Shown piece by piece: positions 24,277 through 37,483 of a stretch of 64,000 nucleotides of DNA. The DNA comes from Macrostomum lignano. Taxonomy: Eukaryota. Each line of letters starts with the position of its first letter. The stretch's first letter is position 1. The notes beneath the pieces were generated by a model. The model was given only the letters and a program-made list of their open reading frames with translations, ran no database searches and was not told the DNA's origin. The stretch lies in NCBI GenBank assembly GCA_002269645.1, contig NIVC01002866.1, forward strand, positions 1 to 64,000, given 5' to 3'. The position numbers were made by a program, and so were the translations under genes.

Positions 24277-27200
24277 ATGCCAGCGGCTACCTGGTGTCTG
24301 CAGATCAACACCCAGCACTGCGTGGCGGCGTCAGTCAACCTGATGCGCACGACAGAGCAACAGCTTCCGGGCCTGGTCTTCGTGCAGGAGCCCTGGATGA
24401 CTAAAGGTAAGCCAAATAATGTGCCATCTGGCTACCACTGTTTTTGCATGGCGGACTCTCAGCCTCGCCCAAGATCTCTGGTCTTTGCTGCAAAAGCTTT
24501 TGAAGCATGGATGAGACCTGATCTCTCGTCTGGGGACATCTGTGTTGTTCAAATCAATAACCTCATTCCAAATAAACCTGCGCTGGTAGCATCTGCCTAT
24601 TTCCCAGGCGATGCCCCAGTAGTCTGCGACGCACTAGTCAATCTCATTGACTATGCCGCGTCCCGACGGTTCGAGCTGCTCATTGCAGGGGATGTGAACG
24701 CACACCACCTGCATTGGGGCAGCAAGAACACCAATAACAGAGGCGAGGAGCTGCTGGCCTACGTCAGCAGCACAAACCTCAATTTCTGTAACGTGGGCAA
24801 TGCACTAACGTTCAATAATGGGCGGTGGGCCGAAGTCATCGACACCACCATCGCCTCACCCGGACTGCTTTCCGCAGTCACGGGCTGGCGAGTGTGGGAC
24901 GAGGACTCGCTCTCGGACCACCGCTTTATCCGCTTTTGCATTGGGCCGACGAAGCAAAAGCGTAAGGTCACTTGGAGTCGGAACGTCAGGAACACCGATT
25001 GGGCCGCCTTTGGCTCGAAGCTGAGCCGCGGCCTTCGGGATCTTGACCCCCCCAGTGACCTCTCTGACTGCCAGGTGGTGGACGATCTCGCCTCCTCCCT
25101 GGGCGGGGCGATCACCACTGCATTTGAAGCAGCCTGCCCTCTAAAGGCCTATAAAGGCAAGAAATCTGCTCCCTGGTGGAACCCAGAGCTCGGGGCCCTT
25201 CGGCGCCGAGCCAGGACCCTCCAAAGGCGAGCGCTCAAAACCAAAGACCCATCTGATATAGAGGCCTATACCCGTGCGATCCACGAGTTTAAGGGCCAAG
25301 TCAGAAGGGCCAAGACGGCCAAGTGGCGCCAATATTGCAAAGGGCTTGAGGGCTCTCGCCCCGCAGCCCGCGTGGTTAAGGCACTCACTAATGACCGTTT
25401 TTCTAAACTCTCTGTTGTGAAGAGACCTGATGGCTCGGTCACAGAGAGTTCGGAAGAGACTCTAGAGCTCATGCTCAGCAGTTTTTTCCCTAAATCTCCG
25501 ACTCAGCAGGGCCCGCCTGACCACACAGTGGGAGGGCAAGGCCTAGCAAAGTCTATGATCACCAAAGACCGCATTATTAGAGCGGCAAGGTCCTTTAACC
25601 CGTTCAAGGCGCCTGGGCCCGACGGCATCTACCCAGCGTTCTTGCACGAGGCGGTGAAAAACCACCGCTTCCTGGACCTGCTCTGTCGTCTCCTTCGAGC
25701 TTGTGTGGAGCTGGGCTATGTACCAGTTGCGTGGAGAGAGGCCCGGGTGATCTTTATCCCCAAGCCTGGAAAGAGCGACTACCAATCGGTGAAGGCCTTC
25801 AGGCCTATCAGCCTCACTTCTTTCTGCCTCAAGCTCCTCGAGAGACTGGTGCTTTGGCGCCTACTTTCGGTCGAGCTGAAGCGCTTCCCACTCTCGCAGA
25901 ACCAGCACGCCTTCCGCGCGGGCAGGTCTACCGAGAGTGCTCTCCATGTCATTGTTGACTTCCTGGAGAGGGCCGTTCTTGGCAGCGGCTTTGCCCTCTC
26001 GCTTTTCCTGGACATTGAGGGGGCCTTCGACAACGTCATCTTCGAGGCCTTTTGCAGAGCCCTGGAATCCAGGGCCACGCACTCTCACCTTGTCCGGTGG
26101 ATCATGTTCATGATCCGGAACCGCACTGTTGTGGCCCACCTGAACGGCAGCTCTCTTTCGGTGCCTGTCCTGAAAGGGGGCCCCCAGGGCGGCGTTCTCA
26201 CCCCCGTTCTCTGGAACATGGTCATGGATGAGTTGCTTTGCAGTGATCTCCACGACCCCATTCTCAAGGTGGGCTATGCCGATGATGTGACCGCGATATG
26301 CGCGGGCCCCTCGGTTGATACCATCAGAGACCTTCTGCAGGGCTTTCTGGGACGAGCGGAGCGTTGGGCAAACCAATCTGGCCTTAGACTCTCAGAGTCG
26401 AAAACCACAGCAGTCATGTTTACCAACAAACTGCTCTGGACCATTAAGCCCCTCACCCTCTATGGAAAGAATATTTCCATGGAGAAGCAGGTCCGCTGCC
26501 TGGGCCTCACTCTGGACCACAGGCTTAACTGGACTCCGCACATTCAAACTAAAGCCAAAAAAGCCCTGGCTGTACTGGCTCAGATCAGGCGCGCCGTGGG
26601 CACCACCTGGGGGCTCACCCCCAGGAAGCTGTGGTGGATTTACACTGCCATCATCCGCCCCTCGATCAGTTACGCCAGCCTCGTGTGGGCTAGCGGCCTG
26701 AGCGTCAAGAGCAACCTCAACGCTCTCTACAAAATCCAGGGCAGAGCCTGCCGCATGACTATGGGCGCTCCACCCTCTACTCCTTTTGAAGGCATGAATG
26801 CCTTCCTCTGTGCCCCTCCTTTGGATATTTATATCAAAGGAGAGGCGGCGAAGAGCACCCGGCGTCTTCTGGATGCTGGGGTGGCCTTCAAGAAAGTGCG
26901 GGCCTTTAAGAAGCGGTCGCTTATCCCGCACTCTGACCTCTGCCTCAAGGCTCTCGAGGAGTGTGGCGGGCTCAACATCCTCACGGACTCGATCCCAGCC
27001 ACCCTTCTCCTGAGCCAAAGGTATAAGGTCACCATTCAGCCTCGACACGAGGCGAGTGACAGCTGGAGCGATTCTGAAATCCACTGTTACACTGACGGCT
27101 CTATGAGGCATGGTCTTTCAGGCTTCGGAGCTTGCGTCTTCTTCAAGGGAGAAGTGGTGTGGAGCTACTCCCAACACACTGGGCTCAACTCCAGTGTTTT

Positions 27201-27977
27201 TCAGAGCGAGGTGCTTGCATTAGCTCCTGCGCGGCAGAACTGCGCCGAAGGCAGCTTAGCGGTCGGAAGCTTATTTTTCACTCTGACAGCCAAGCAGCCC
27301 TTCGGGCCCTCTGCCGCAGCACCGCCAGCTCCAGGTCCGTCCTGGACTGCAACACCCAGCTCAACGGGCTTGCGCTAGGCAACCAAGTGGAGCTCAGATG
27401 GATCCCGGGCCATGCCGGTTTCCTCGGCAACGAGCGCGCCGACATGCTGGCTAAGGCTGGCTCCGCCGGCGCGCTGCTGGGGCTGGGCCCGGGAGCCCCC
27501 ATCCCCGCCTCGGTGATCAATTCCCGCGTTAAGCGCTGGGCTGACTCCGAGCATCTCCGCAGGTGGCACGACACCCGGAATTGTAGGCAATCCCGTGTTG
27601 CCGTCCCCTGCCCCTCTCCTCTCCTGCGTAGAGCCCTCCTCAGGCTCAACCGCAGAGACCTCAGAGCAGTCAGCATGGCCCTCTCCAGGCATGGCTGCTT
27701 CTCTCGCCACCGCTTCCTTCAGGGCCAAGTACCCGAGGAGCGGTGCCCCTTCTGCCGCTCAGGCAGTGAAAACGCCGAGCATTTTATCTGCCACTGCCCG
27801 GTTTTCACCAGGGCCAGGCTTACTCACCTCGGGCCAAACCCGGTTCTCTCCGACGTTTGCAGGCCCGAGAGCATCCCGCTGCTCGCCCGGTACCTCAGGG
27901 ACACCGGACGAGCTGATTTCTTCCCCACCGTCGGTGAGGAGGACCGCGCTGCAGGCGAGACCGACGGGTCCCCCTGA
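24277..27977 (+). CDS. LINE ORF2: AP endonuclease, reverse transcriptase, RNase H, CCHC; one frameshift near 27225
   Basis: QINTQH, VQEPW, GDVNAHH, SDHRFI (APE); KAPGPDG, FRPISL, PQGGVLTP, YADD (RT); YTDGS, FQSE, SDSQAAL, WIPGH, GNERADMLA (RNase H); CPFC...HFICHC. Confidence 0.93.
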
Positions 27978-29531
27978 GCGACACCACTTCAACGGAAGTC
28001 GTTGGTCGCCAGGGGCTAGCGGAATGGGCGGTCTCCTCCGCCTCGACCTCGCTGCATCCGCCGGACGCCCCCTGCAGCTAAGTCAAGTAAGTCAAGTACT
28101 AAAAGAACTTAGGCTTAGGCACATTAGATAAAAACTTTAGTGGAATGGGATTGATAAAAAGATGAACTATATTATATCAGCTGGTACCCTTAGCTTCCAA
28201 GACTCAGAAAAGCCAAAGCCGACGGAAAACCGGCCGACACTTGCTTGAAATTTTATCTGATAAAGCCATAATAACGAAACTATATATGGCTGTGCGAGAA
28301 ACATAGTAAACTGTTGCATTATCGCGCTTCGCTAGTCAACCGATCACCTATTTCAGTACTAGCCTAATTTAACGGAACTAAACTTGGCTACTACGCTGAC
28401 TCTCTAGCCCTACAACAGGTCGGTCCGGTTATTTACACGTTAAACAAAAATCACTTGTGCTTCGTGACAGAAGCAAATGCTTTATGTTGATAATTTCTGT
28501 AGAAAAAAAAATTTTTTTTTAAAAGTACAAGTGTAGCATTGTTTAAAAATATCATCAAAGCGTTTGTGATAATTGTTTAGATCTCTTATTTAAATAGCTG
28601 GTTCTTAGCTGTTTCTTAGAACTTTTTGCTGGGCTTGGACCAAATCGCTTGATGCTTTATTCTTATTGCAAAACCTTAATGTTCAAAAGGTAGTAAACTA
28701 CAATTCAATAATTTCAGCAACTTGTCATCTGATCTTAATTCCTTAAATCATGTGACATTCTCCTGTCCATAATTAATTGTATTGATTACTATTATTATCG
28801 GCTCAAGGCCAACAAAAGCAAATAAATTTGTATTTCTATAATATAGATTTTTTTGGTATTTCTGCAATTGAACCAAGTTTTATAAATTTCTAGGAGCTAA
28901 TTTTGTGAAATTTAAAGTTTTTTCCATTTTGACAAATGGAAAAAACTTTTTTTTCTAATTTTTTTCTAAATTTAAAATTTCCATGCAATTTTGTTACATT
29001 GATCCTTAGTGAAACTATCTACTAGATACTTTTCTTGGCACTGATTAGCTAGACAAGAACCCAACTTAAAAACTTTTTAGCAATTAATAAATGCTTAATA
29101 TACTTGATATATATTAACTATGTTATCATGCATTCCAGTAACATAATTTCTAGAGAAGCCAACTAATATATTTTTATTTAGTTAAATCTAGCCTTAATTA
29201 CCAATATTTTAAATATCATAAAATAATCATTGCCATTTAGCATTCTAGGTTTAAATTGGAAATACCTAAGTAAAACAAAATTTATCATGATATATTGTGA
29301 TACAAAAACAAAGCTATTAAAAACAGTTATAGTATAAGACTTTATTATAAAAAATTTAGAATGTCATTTTTTGTTAATTTTGTTTGAACTATAAGTCACT
29401 AATTTATATTTAGATTCATATAGTTTATTAAATTAAAGTCTTTTTTTAACACTAATCTAAACTCTAACTATTGCAGGTTTCACTAGTCTATAGAATATTT
29501 AGCAAAAAGTCAATCAGCCATATCTCAATAA

Positions 29532-32500
29532 ATGGCTGGGCAATTGGGTAGCAACAATGGAGGTCAAGCAGAGGCCAGCTACAGACCACTTACAGGCATG
29601 GTGTTCATCTTTAATCTTATCGTAGGAACTGGCGCTCTCACTCTGCCAAAGGCATTTGCCATTGCTGGCTGGCTAGCTGGCGGCCTCACTATTGTCTGCC
29701 TGGCATTCCTCAGCTTCATCACAGTGAGTTACATTGTAGAGGTCATGTCAACCACCAATGCGCTGGTCAAGCGCCAAGATGAGCAGCGACTGACTGACAC
29801 TGACAGCTTGAATAGCGAAAGTTCTCCACTAATCCGCTCGTCAGCTGACAGCTTCGGCAATGAAATCGATGAGCTTCGCTATCCAGGCAGGATTGTGCAG
29901 TCAGAAGCGCCTACTGCACCATCCGCCGATTCGATGCCATTTGAAATCACTCGACGATTTGAACTGGGCCAGATGGCGCACATGTACTTTAATTCCTACC
30001 TGATTGTGGCATTCTATGCCGTGATCTGCATTTACCTGTACGGCGATCTTGCTATCTATGCTGTTGCGGTGCCCAAGTCACTCAGAGACGTGGCTTGCAC
30101 TTATTGGCCAAATGCCAGCAGCACCGACACTGACAATCGGACAGAAACGGATTACTGCTGGTCACCCCAGTCTGGCTTAACCCGCCGAGACGCCTACAGA
30201 CTGTTTGTTGGCGCCTTCAGCCTGCTGGTTTGTCCGTTTGCCTTCTTCAATGTGCAGAAGACCAAGTATCTGCAAGTGGCCACCAGCCTGTCTCGCTGGT
30301 TGGCCTTCGGTGTCATGCTGACTTTGGCAGCCACCACTTTAGCCATCGGCCAGGGTAGCGGCCATCCAGGTCAGTTCTGAATTGGCTTCGCATGCTATTC
30401 CTGCTGGTTTATAACTGTGAGATATCCTGTAGCGATACCCAAATGTCTGGTCTAGAATCTATATGTCGTGGTGTCTATCTAGATTATTCTGATATCTAGA
30501 TACCCTAACAACTAGATACCTTTATGTATGCATACCCTAGTGCACAGATATCTTAGGGTATAGAAATCCGAATGCGTTGATATCCTGTTATCCAGATATT
30601 CTCTAGTACAGCTACCCTGTTTTATAGATATTATTTAGTATAGACACCCTGTTATCTAGATATTCTCTAGTATAGACACCCTGTTATCTAGATATTCTCT
30701 AGTATAGACACCCTGTTATCTAGATATTCTCTAGTATAGACACCCTGTTATCTAGATATTCTCTAGCATAGACAGACTGTTATCTAGATATTATCTAGTA
30801 TAGACAGACTGTTATCTAGATATTATCTAGTATAGACACCCTGTTATCTAGATATTCTCTAGCATAGACAGACTGTTATCTAGATATTTTCTAGTATAGG
30901 CACCCTGTTATCTAGATATTATCTAGTGTAGACACCCTGCCATCTAGATATTATCTAGTATAGACACCCTGTTATCTAGATATTCTCAATTCTCTAATAT
31001 AGACACTGTTACCTAGATATTATCTTGTATAGGCACCCTTTTATCTAGATATTCTCTAGTATAGACACCCTGTTATCTAGATATTCTCTAGTATAGACAC
31101 CCTGTTATCTAGATATTCTCTAGTAATGACACCCTGTTATCTAGATATTCTCTAGTATAGACACCCTGCCATCTAGATATTCTCTAGTATAGACACCCTG
31201 TTATCTAGATATTATCTTGTATAGGCACCCTTTTATCTAGATATTCTCTAGTATAGACACCCTGTTATCTAGATATTCTCTAGTAATGACACCCTGTTAT
31301 CTAGATATTCTCTAGTATAGACACCCTGCCATCTAGATATTCTCTAGTATAGACACCCTGTTATCTAGATATTATCTTGTATAGGCACCCTTTTATCTAG
31401 ATATTCTCTAGTATAGACACCCTGTTATCTAGATATTCTCTAGTAATGACACCCTGTTATCTAGATATTCTCTAGTAATGACACCCTGTTATCTAGATAT
31501 TCTCTAGTAATGACACCCTGTTATCTAGATATTCTCTAGTAATGACACCCTGTTATCTAGATATTCTCTAGTATAGACACCCTGCCATCTAGATATTATC
31601 TAGTATAGACACCCTGTTATCTAGATATTCTCTAGTATAGGAACACTGTTATCTAGACATATCTAGTATAGACACACTGTTATCTAGATATTATCTAGTA
31701 ATGACACCCTGTTATCTAGATATTCTCTAGTAATGACACCCTGTAATCTAGATATTCTCTAGTAATGACACCCTGTTATCTAGATATTCTCTAGTAATGA
31801 CACCCTGTTATCTAGATATTCTCTAGTATAGGCACACTGTTATCTAGACATATCTAGTATAGACACACTGTTATCTAGATATTATCTAGTAATGACACCC
31901 TGTTATCTAGATATTCTCTAGTAATGACACCCTGTTATCTAGATATTCTCTAGTAATGACACCCTGTTATCTAGATATTCTCTAGTAATGACACCCTGTT
32001 ATCTAGATATTCTCTAGTAATGACACCCTGTTATCTAGATATTCTCTAGTAATGACACCCTGTTATCTAGATATTCTCTAGTAATGACACCCTGTTATCT
32101 AGATATTCTCTAGTATAAGCATCCTGTTACCTATACTTACCTATACCTATACCTATCCTGCTAAATTGTTATTTGTTGTAATTTCAACCGCCAAATATGG
32201 TTGCTAATTTGTTATCCGCATCAGCTTGTAGCACGTACTACTGCCTGTGTATAAACCATTGGCTAACTTGAACCTCTGACATTTAAAAATAATGAACTAT
32301 TTTTGGCAACACCGTTGACCAGTGCAACCTCGCAACCGCCAATAACTGATTCAGGCCCAGTTAATTGGACAAGAATTCCCCAGCTGTTCGGCGCATCCGT
32401 GTACTCTTTCATGTGCCACCACTCGCTGCCTGCCCTGCTCACTCCCATGTCGCCTAAACGCCATCTGCGTCTGGTACTGCTGGCCGACTTCTCGCTAATA

Positions 32501-34179
32501 TTAGTGTTCTACCTTAGCCTGGCCTATACTGGCATATTCGCGTTCGGCCATCTGGAAGATTTGTACACGCTTAACTTTCAGCCAGGAAGGCGGCTGGCTA
32601 TTGGGGTGAGTTTGACTGATCTTCTGTGCCGGGTAAAAGGCGGGAGCAACTTGCGTTTGCTTTGAACGTGTGAATACCTCGCCGGCTACTTGGGGGTAGC
32701 AACCCACTGATTAGGATAGGGTAGCCATCCACTGATAGAACAGGTAGGATGGGGGTAGCCACCCTCTGATAGAACAGGTAGGATGGGGGTAGCAGCCCAC
32801 TGATAGAACAGGTAGGATGGGGGTAGCCACCCTCTGATAGAACAGGTAGGATGGGGGTAGCAGCCCACTGATAGAACAGGTAGGATGGGGGTAGCCACCC
32901 TCTGATAGAACAGGTAGGATGGGGGTAGCAGCCCACTGATAGAACAGGTAGGATGGGGGTAGCCACCCTCTGATAGAACAGGTAGGATGGGGGTAGCCAC
33001 CCTCTGATAGAACAGGTAGGATGGGGGTAGCCACCCTCTGATAGAACAGGTAGGATGGGGGTAGCAGCCCACTGATAGAACAGGTAGGATGGGGGTAGCC
33101 ACCCTCTGATAGAACAGGTAGGATGGGGGTAGCAGCCCACTGATAGAACAGGTTTGAGCAGTCCATTTGGAGGTCCGGAGTTTGCGTCGCAGATTTATGA
33201 TTTATGCATGTTTCTTCTCATCCCTTCTCATAGGGGCTTGTATTTGTGGCCTAGTGGTTAGAGCGTTGGACTCACGAGTTGAAGGTTGGGGGTTCGATTC
33301 CCGATCCCACTGGAACAATTTGTGTCATTGAGCAAGACACTTAACTCTGCATTGCTTCAGTTCACCCAGCTGTAAAATGTCTGCCAGCATTAGCTGGGGT
33401 AATTGAGGGTGTATGTGGCGGCCCCCAGTCCTTGGACTGAACAGCCGTACGCAGCCTTCAGATGCGCCGCGCAAATAGCTGCGGCTGAGCTGTCGGTTGC
33501 ACATCTGCCCAATTTTACCGTCTTCGATGATGCGACCCATTGTAAAATATAAAAACATATTTACAATTTTCTATAAGCCTACGAGTACTGAGCCAGCTTC
33601 CTTTCTCACGAACTCTTCACCCAGGTGTGGCAGCCAGTGCGCTATTTCCTGGCCCTGTTCCCCGTGTTCGCGCTGAGCACCTCTTTCCCAATCATCGCCA
33701 TCACTTTGCGCGGCAATTTGAAAGCTCTGTTCGGCTTGATTCGGTCGCGCGCCGGCGGCGGCAGCAACGGTCGGCAGTTTCACTGGCTAGTAGAGAAGGC
33801 GGCTTTTCCTCTGCTGGCAGTCGGGCCGCCTGTGGCGTTGGCTTTCGTCACTAGCAGCGTGGACGCTCTGGTGAATTACACAGGCTCATACGCTGGCGCA
33901 CTGCTGCAGTACGCTGTGCCAGCTCTGCTGCTGCACTACAGCAGGAGGAAGGCCGCCTCGCAGCTGCCGCCACTCGATGCCGACAGTCGCTACGCGCCGA
34001 TTCACGTCAGCCCGTTCGGTCATCCGGCCTGTCTGGTTGCTATACTCGGCTGGACACTGGCGTGCATGGCTCTGGTCACGGCCGATCACCTGATGGAGGA
34101 TGCTGCACTGGCCAATGTGACCGCTGCTGGACCCAGGGTGTCCGGCTTGCGGCCGGCTCTGACGCTGCAATTGAACTGA
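29532..34179 (+). CDS. TMEM104: Transmembrane protein 104 (amino-acid transporter family; exons 29532-30369, 32355-32605, 33625-34179; ~547 aa)
   Basis: FNLIVGTGALTLPKAFAIAGW, RRFELGQMA, YLYGDLAIY, FNVQKTKYLQ, YSFMCHHSLP, STSFPIIAITLRGNL motifs. Junctions join in frame. Confidence 0.9.
30590..32115. repeat. 32-bp minisatellite in TMEM104 intron 1 (atctagatattctctagtatagacaccctgtt)
   Basis: About 1.5 kb of tandem copies with variant subtypes. Confidence 0.95.
32725..33150. repeat. 34-bp minisatellite in TMEM104 intron 2 (gatagaacaggtaggatgggggtagccaccctct)
   Basis: Tandem copies. Confidence 0.95.
33244..33511 (+). mobile_element. tRNA-derived SINE with a CORE-like central domain
   Basis: A box TGGCCTAGTGG, B box GGTTCGATTCC, then tgtgtcattgagcaagacacttaac...cagctgtaaaatg. 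A second copy lies at 36663-36908. Confidence 0.8.
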
Positions 34180-34219
34180 AGGTTAGCCCTCGCTTAACTA
34201 ATATGTAACTGGGGGGGGG

Positions 34220-35300
34220 GGTTCAGCTGACCCCCTTAGTTACTCTGAGAGTCAGGAGAATCAATCTACGAGCGTATCCTTAGTTAATTAAGCTGAGAGT
34301 GATGGAAGTCAACTGACCCCCCTTACTTAGTCTGAGAGTCAGAAGAGTCAACTGACCCCCTTAGTTACTCTGAGAGTCAGGAGAATCAATCTATCCTTAG
34401 TTAATTAAGCTGAGAGTGATGGAAGTCAACTGACCCCCCCCCTTACTTAGTCTGAGAGTCAGAAGAGTCAACTGACCCCCTTAGTTAGTCTGAGAGTCAG
34501 AAGAGTCAACTGACCCCCTTAGTTACTCTGAGAGTCAGGAGAATCAATCTATCCTTAGTTAATTAAACTGAGAGTGTTGGAAGTCAACTGACCCCCTTAC
34601 TTAGTCTGAGAGTCAGAAGAGTCAACTGACCCCCTTAGTTAGTCTGAGAGTCAGGAGAATCAATCTATCCTTAGTTAATTAAGCTGAGAGTGATGGAAGT
34701 CAACTGACCCCCTTAGTTAGTCTGAGAGTCAGAAGAGTCAACTGACCCCCTTAGTTAGTCTGAGAGTCAGGAGAATCAATCTATCCTTAGTTAATTAAGC
34801 TGAGAGTGATGGAAGTCAACTGACCCCCTTAGTTAGTCTGAGAGTCAGAAGAGTCAACTGACCCCCTTAGTTACTCTGAGAGTCAGGAGAATCAATCTAT
34901 CCTTAGTTAATTAAGCTGAGAGTGATGGAAGTCAACTGACCCCCCCTTACTTAGTCTGAGAGTCAGAAGAGTCAACTGACCCCCTTAGTTAGTCTGAGAG
35001 TCAGAAGAGTCAACTGACCCCTTAGTTACTCTGAGAGTCAGGAGAATCAATCTATCCTTAGTTAATTAAACTGAGAGTGATGGAAGTCAACTGACCCCCC
35101 CTTACTTAGTCTGAGAGTCAGAAGAGTCAACTGACCCCCTTAGTTACTCTGAGAGTCAGAAGAGTCAACTGACCCCCTTAGTTAGTCAAAGAGTCAGAAG
35201 AGTCAACTGACCCTCCCCCTTAGTTAGTCTGAGAGTCAGAAGAGTCAACTGACCCTCCCCCTTAGTTAATCTAAGAGTAATGGCAGTCAACTGACCCCCA
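34220..35300. repeat. Compound minisatellite with higher-order structure (tctgagagtcagaagagtcaactgacccccttagttag plus a longer variant)
   Basis: Two related units are interleaved, just 3' of the TMEM104 stop. Confidence 0.9.
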
Positions 35301-36129
35301 TTTTAGTGAGTGTATATTCCGATCCTGCACCATACGTAGCATCACAAATTGTTATTTTCTAACCGGTTTTGTTAAAGTTTGGTTAAAGCTACCATTAGTA
35401 GTATATAAAAGTTTTAATATAGATTTCGGCAGCCAGTATTGAATATAAATAATTTATTATGTCTGAAACTTAATTGTCCGCTTCGTCAGATTGCTAAATC
35501 TATTTTTTCGCAATACTTTTGCATGCTGATGTTGACAGCGCTAAGAGTTTGTTGCTGATTTGTACAATAATGCGGAATATTCTTGGACTTCAGGTTGTGC
35601 TGTCTTTTTACTGTCTATTAACACTTGCCTGTCGATATTCCAGGGTCTAATCTAAGGTCAGAGGTCAGACAGCCCTAAGAACAGCTTTAACTGTATAAGT
35701 AGAGTAATTTTTTTCGATTACAGTTAGAAGAAGAGTGTAAATTTATTCTTTGGCCAAATTTGTTAATTCAATCTCAGCTCAAATTTACGCTCGTGTCAAT
35801 AAAATTGCTCTCGACTGTGATTTACATGTAGTAGATTGTTTGTTTACCTGCTAACAATAGTTAATTACAATTATTGTTATTTTAAAAATAAAAAAGTAAC
35901 AATTAAATTATATGTACGATTTTCTGTTGAAAAATGAAATATGGCGAACTCGGTGGCCTAAGCGTATGTTGAAGGCTTAAAACGAATGATGGTCTATAAA
36001 CATAAATACCTACTACAGGTAGATACATAGAGACAAACCATTTTTAGTATAGTAGACTAGCGATCGTGTGCCCCCCTTCGGGGTGGCCAATAAGCGAAAG
36101 AAGAAAATTATTTTTATGTATATCCTATT

Positions 36130-36460
36130 TGCCTTGACATCTCAGCAATTCCCCCCCCCCAAGCCTTGACATCTCAGCAATTCCCCCCAAGCCTTGACAT
36201 CTCAGCAATTCCCCCCCCCAAGCCTTGACATCTCAGCAATTCCTCCCAAGCCTTGACATCTCAGCAATTCCCCCCAAGCCTTGACATCTCAGCAATTCCC
36301 CCCCCCAAGCCTTGACATCTCAGCAATTCCTCCCAAGCCTTGACATCTCAGCAATTCCCCCCAAGCCTTGACATCTCAGCAATTCCTCCCAAGCCTTGAC
36401 ATCTCAGCAATTTCCCCAAGCCTTGACATCTCGGCAATTCCCCCCAGTAAGCTTGGACAT
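36130..36460. repeat. 28-31-bp minisatellite (aagccttgacatctcagcaattcccccc)
   Basis: Tandem copies with a variable C run. Confidence 0.9.
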
Positions 36461-36662
36461 CTCAGAAATATTTCAAAAATCAATCACATACCTAGATACC
36501 TTAGAAAGAGATAACTCATTTTTAGTATAGTGAACTTAGCCATTCTGTCATTTTCTGTCTGATAGACAGTCGAAGTGCATACTTGTACATGTATGAAGCT
36601 CTATGTAGTACACAGTTTATCCATTAATAATAACAATAATAATTGATTACACCTGCCCTAAT

Positions 36663-36908
36663 GGGCAGATGTGCAACCGACAGCTCAGCCGCAGCTATTG
36701 CGCGGCGCATCTAAAGGCTGCGTACGGCTGTTCAGTCCAAGGACTGGGGGGTCGCCACACACCCTCAATTACCCCAGCTAATCCGGGCAGCCATTTTACA
36801 GCTGGGTGAACTGAAGCAATGCAGAGTCAAGTGTCTTGCTCAAGGACACAAATTGTTCCGAGTGAGTCGAGAATCGAATCCCGGCCCCGGCGCTCTAACC
36901 CTGGCTAC
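36663..36908 (-). mobile_element. tRNA-derived SINE, second copy
   Basis: Its reverse complement aligns with 33244-33511. The tRNA head is shortened. Confidence 0.8.
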
Positions 36909-37477
36909 AATCCCTGGTCTAATAACAACTACTATAAAATATACTACTGCAGTTACAAGTAAACAATTAGTTTTCAAAACAGTTTAAAAAAGCACTGTTA
37001 TCGATTGTTGAAACCTCATTTTTGCAACCAAAATGCTCCGGCCCCATGAATGCTTCTTGATTCACCATGAATCTGTTTAGAAACTGTCTACAAGCTGTGT
37101 CTCCAGAAAAGCTTTTAAAACGTGCTTTGCAGTTTTTGTTTACTTGAACCGAATTTCTTTACCTTTGCCATTTCTATACTCTGTCATTAATCAAGCTGCA
37201 AGCTGTAGACAAAAATATAGCAATAAAAATCGAGGCTTTTGTCCAGCCTCTGTGAGCACGAGCACGTGTCAGCTGACATAATTGAGTACGAGTTGCTGGA
37301 GGCTAAGGACCAACAGTGAGAGAAAGAATGCTGTAAACAGGTTTGATGTGAAATTTTTCATCTGGAATTTTACACAGTCCACGGGGCCCTTGAAACTCAC
37401 AAGCAAGCAGGCACAACTGTTCCAGACTCTCCATTAAAGAATGGATTTTAGAAGAGATTGCCTTAAGCTACCTGCTG

Positions 37478-37483
<6 letters not shown>

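Larger units (their letters stand above)
22281..28098 (+). mobile_element. Near full-length non-LTR retrotransposon, R1/LOA-like (I group), with ORF1 and APE-RT-RNaseH-CCHC ORF2
   Basis: Two long ORFs, a short 3' UTR and a taagtcaagtaagtcaagta tail. No TSD identified. Confidence 0.9.

Noticed and set aside
23007-27992. Multiple antisense and alternative-frame ORFs over the LINE
   Set aside because: They are expected by-products of GC-rich coding sequence.
30590-32115. CRISPR-like regular 32-34-bp repeats (also 59515-60566)
   Set aside because: There are no unique spacers and no cas genes, and the context is a eukaryotic intron.
33244-33310. tRNA gene
   Set aside because: A and B boxes are present but there is no full cloverleaf, and the sequence continues into a SINE body that recurs at 36663-36908.
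36040-36100. Hairpin gccccccttcggggtggc as a Helitron 3' end
   Set aside because: No matching terminal CTRR at the expected distance and no 5' end identified.
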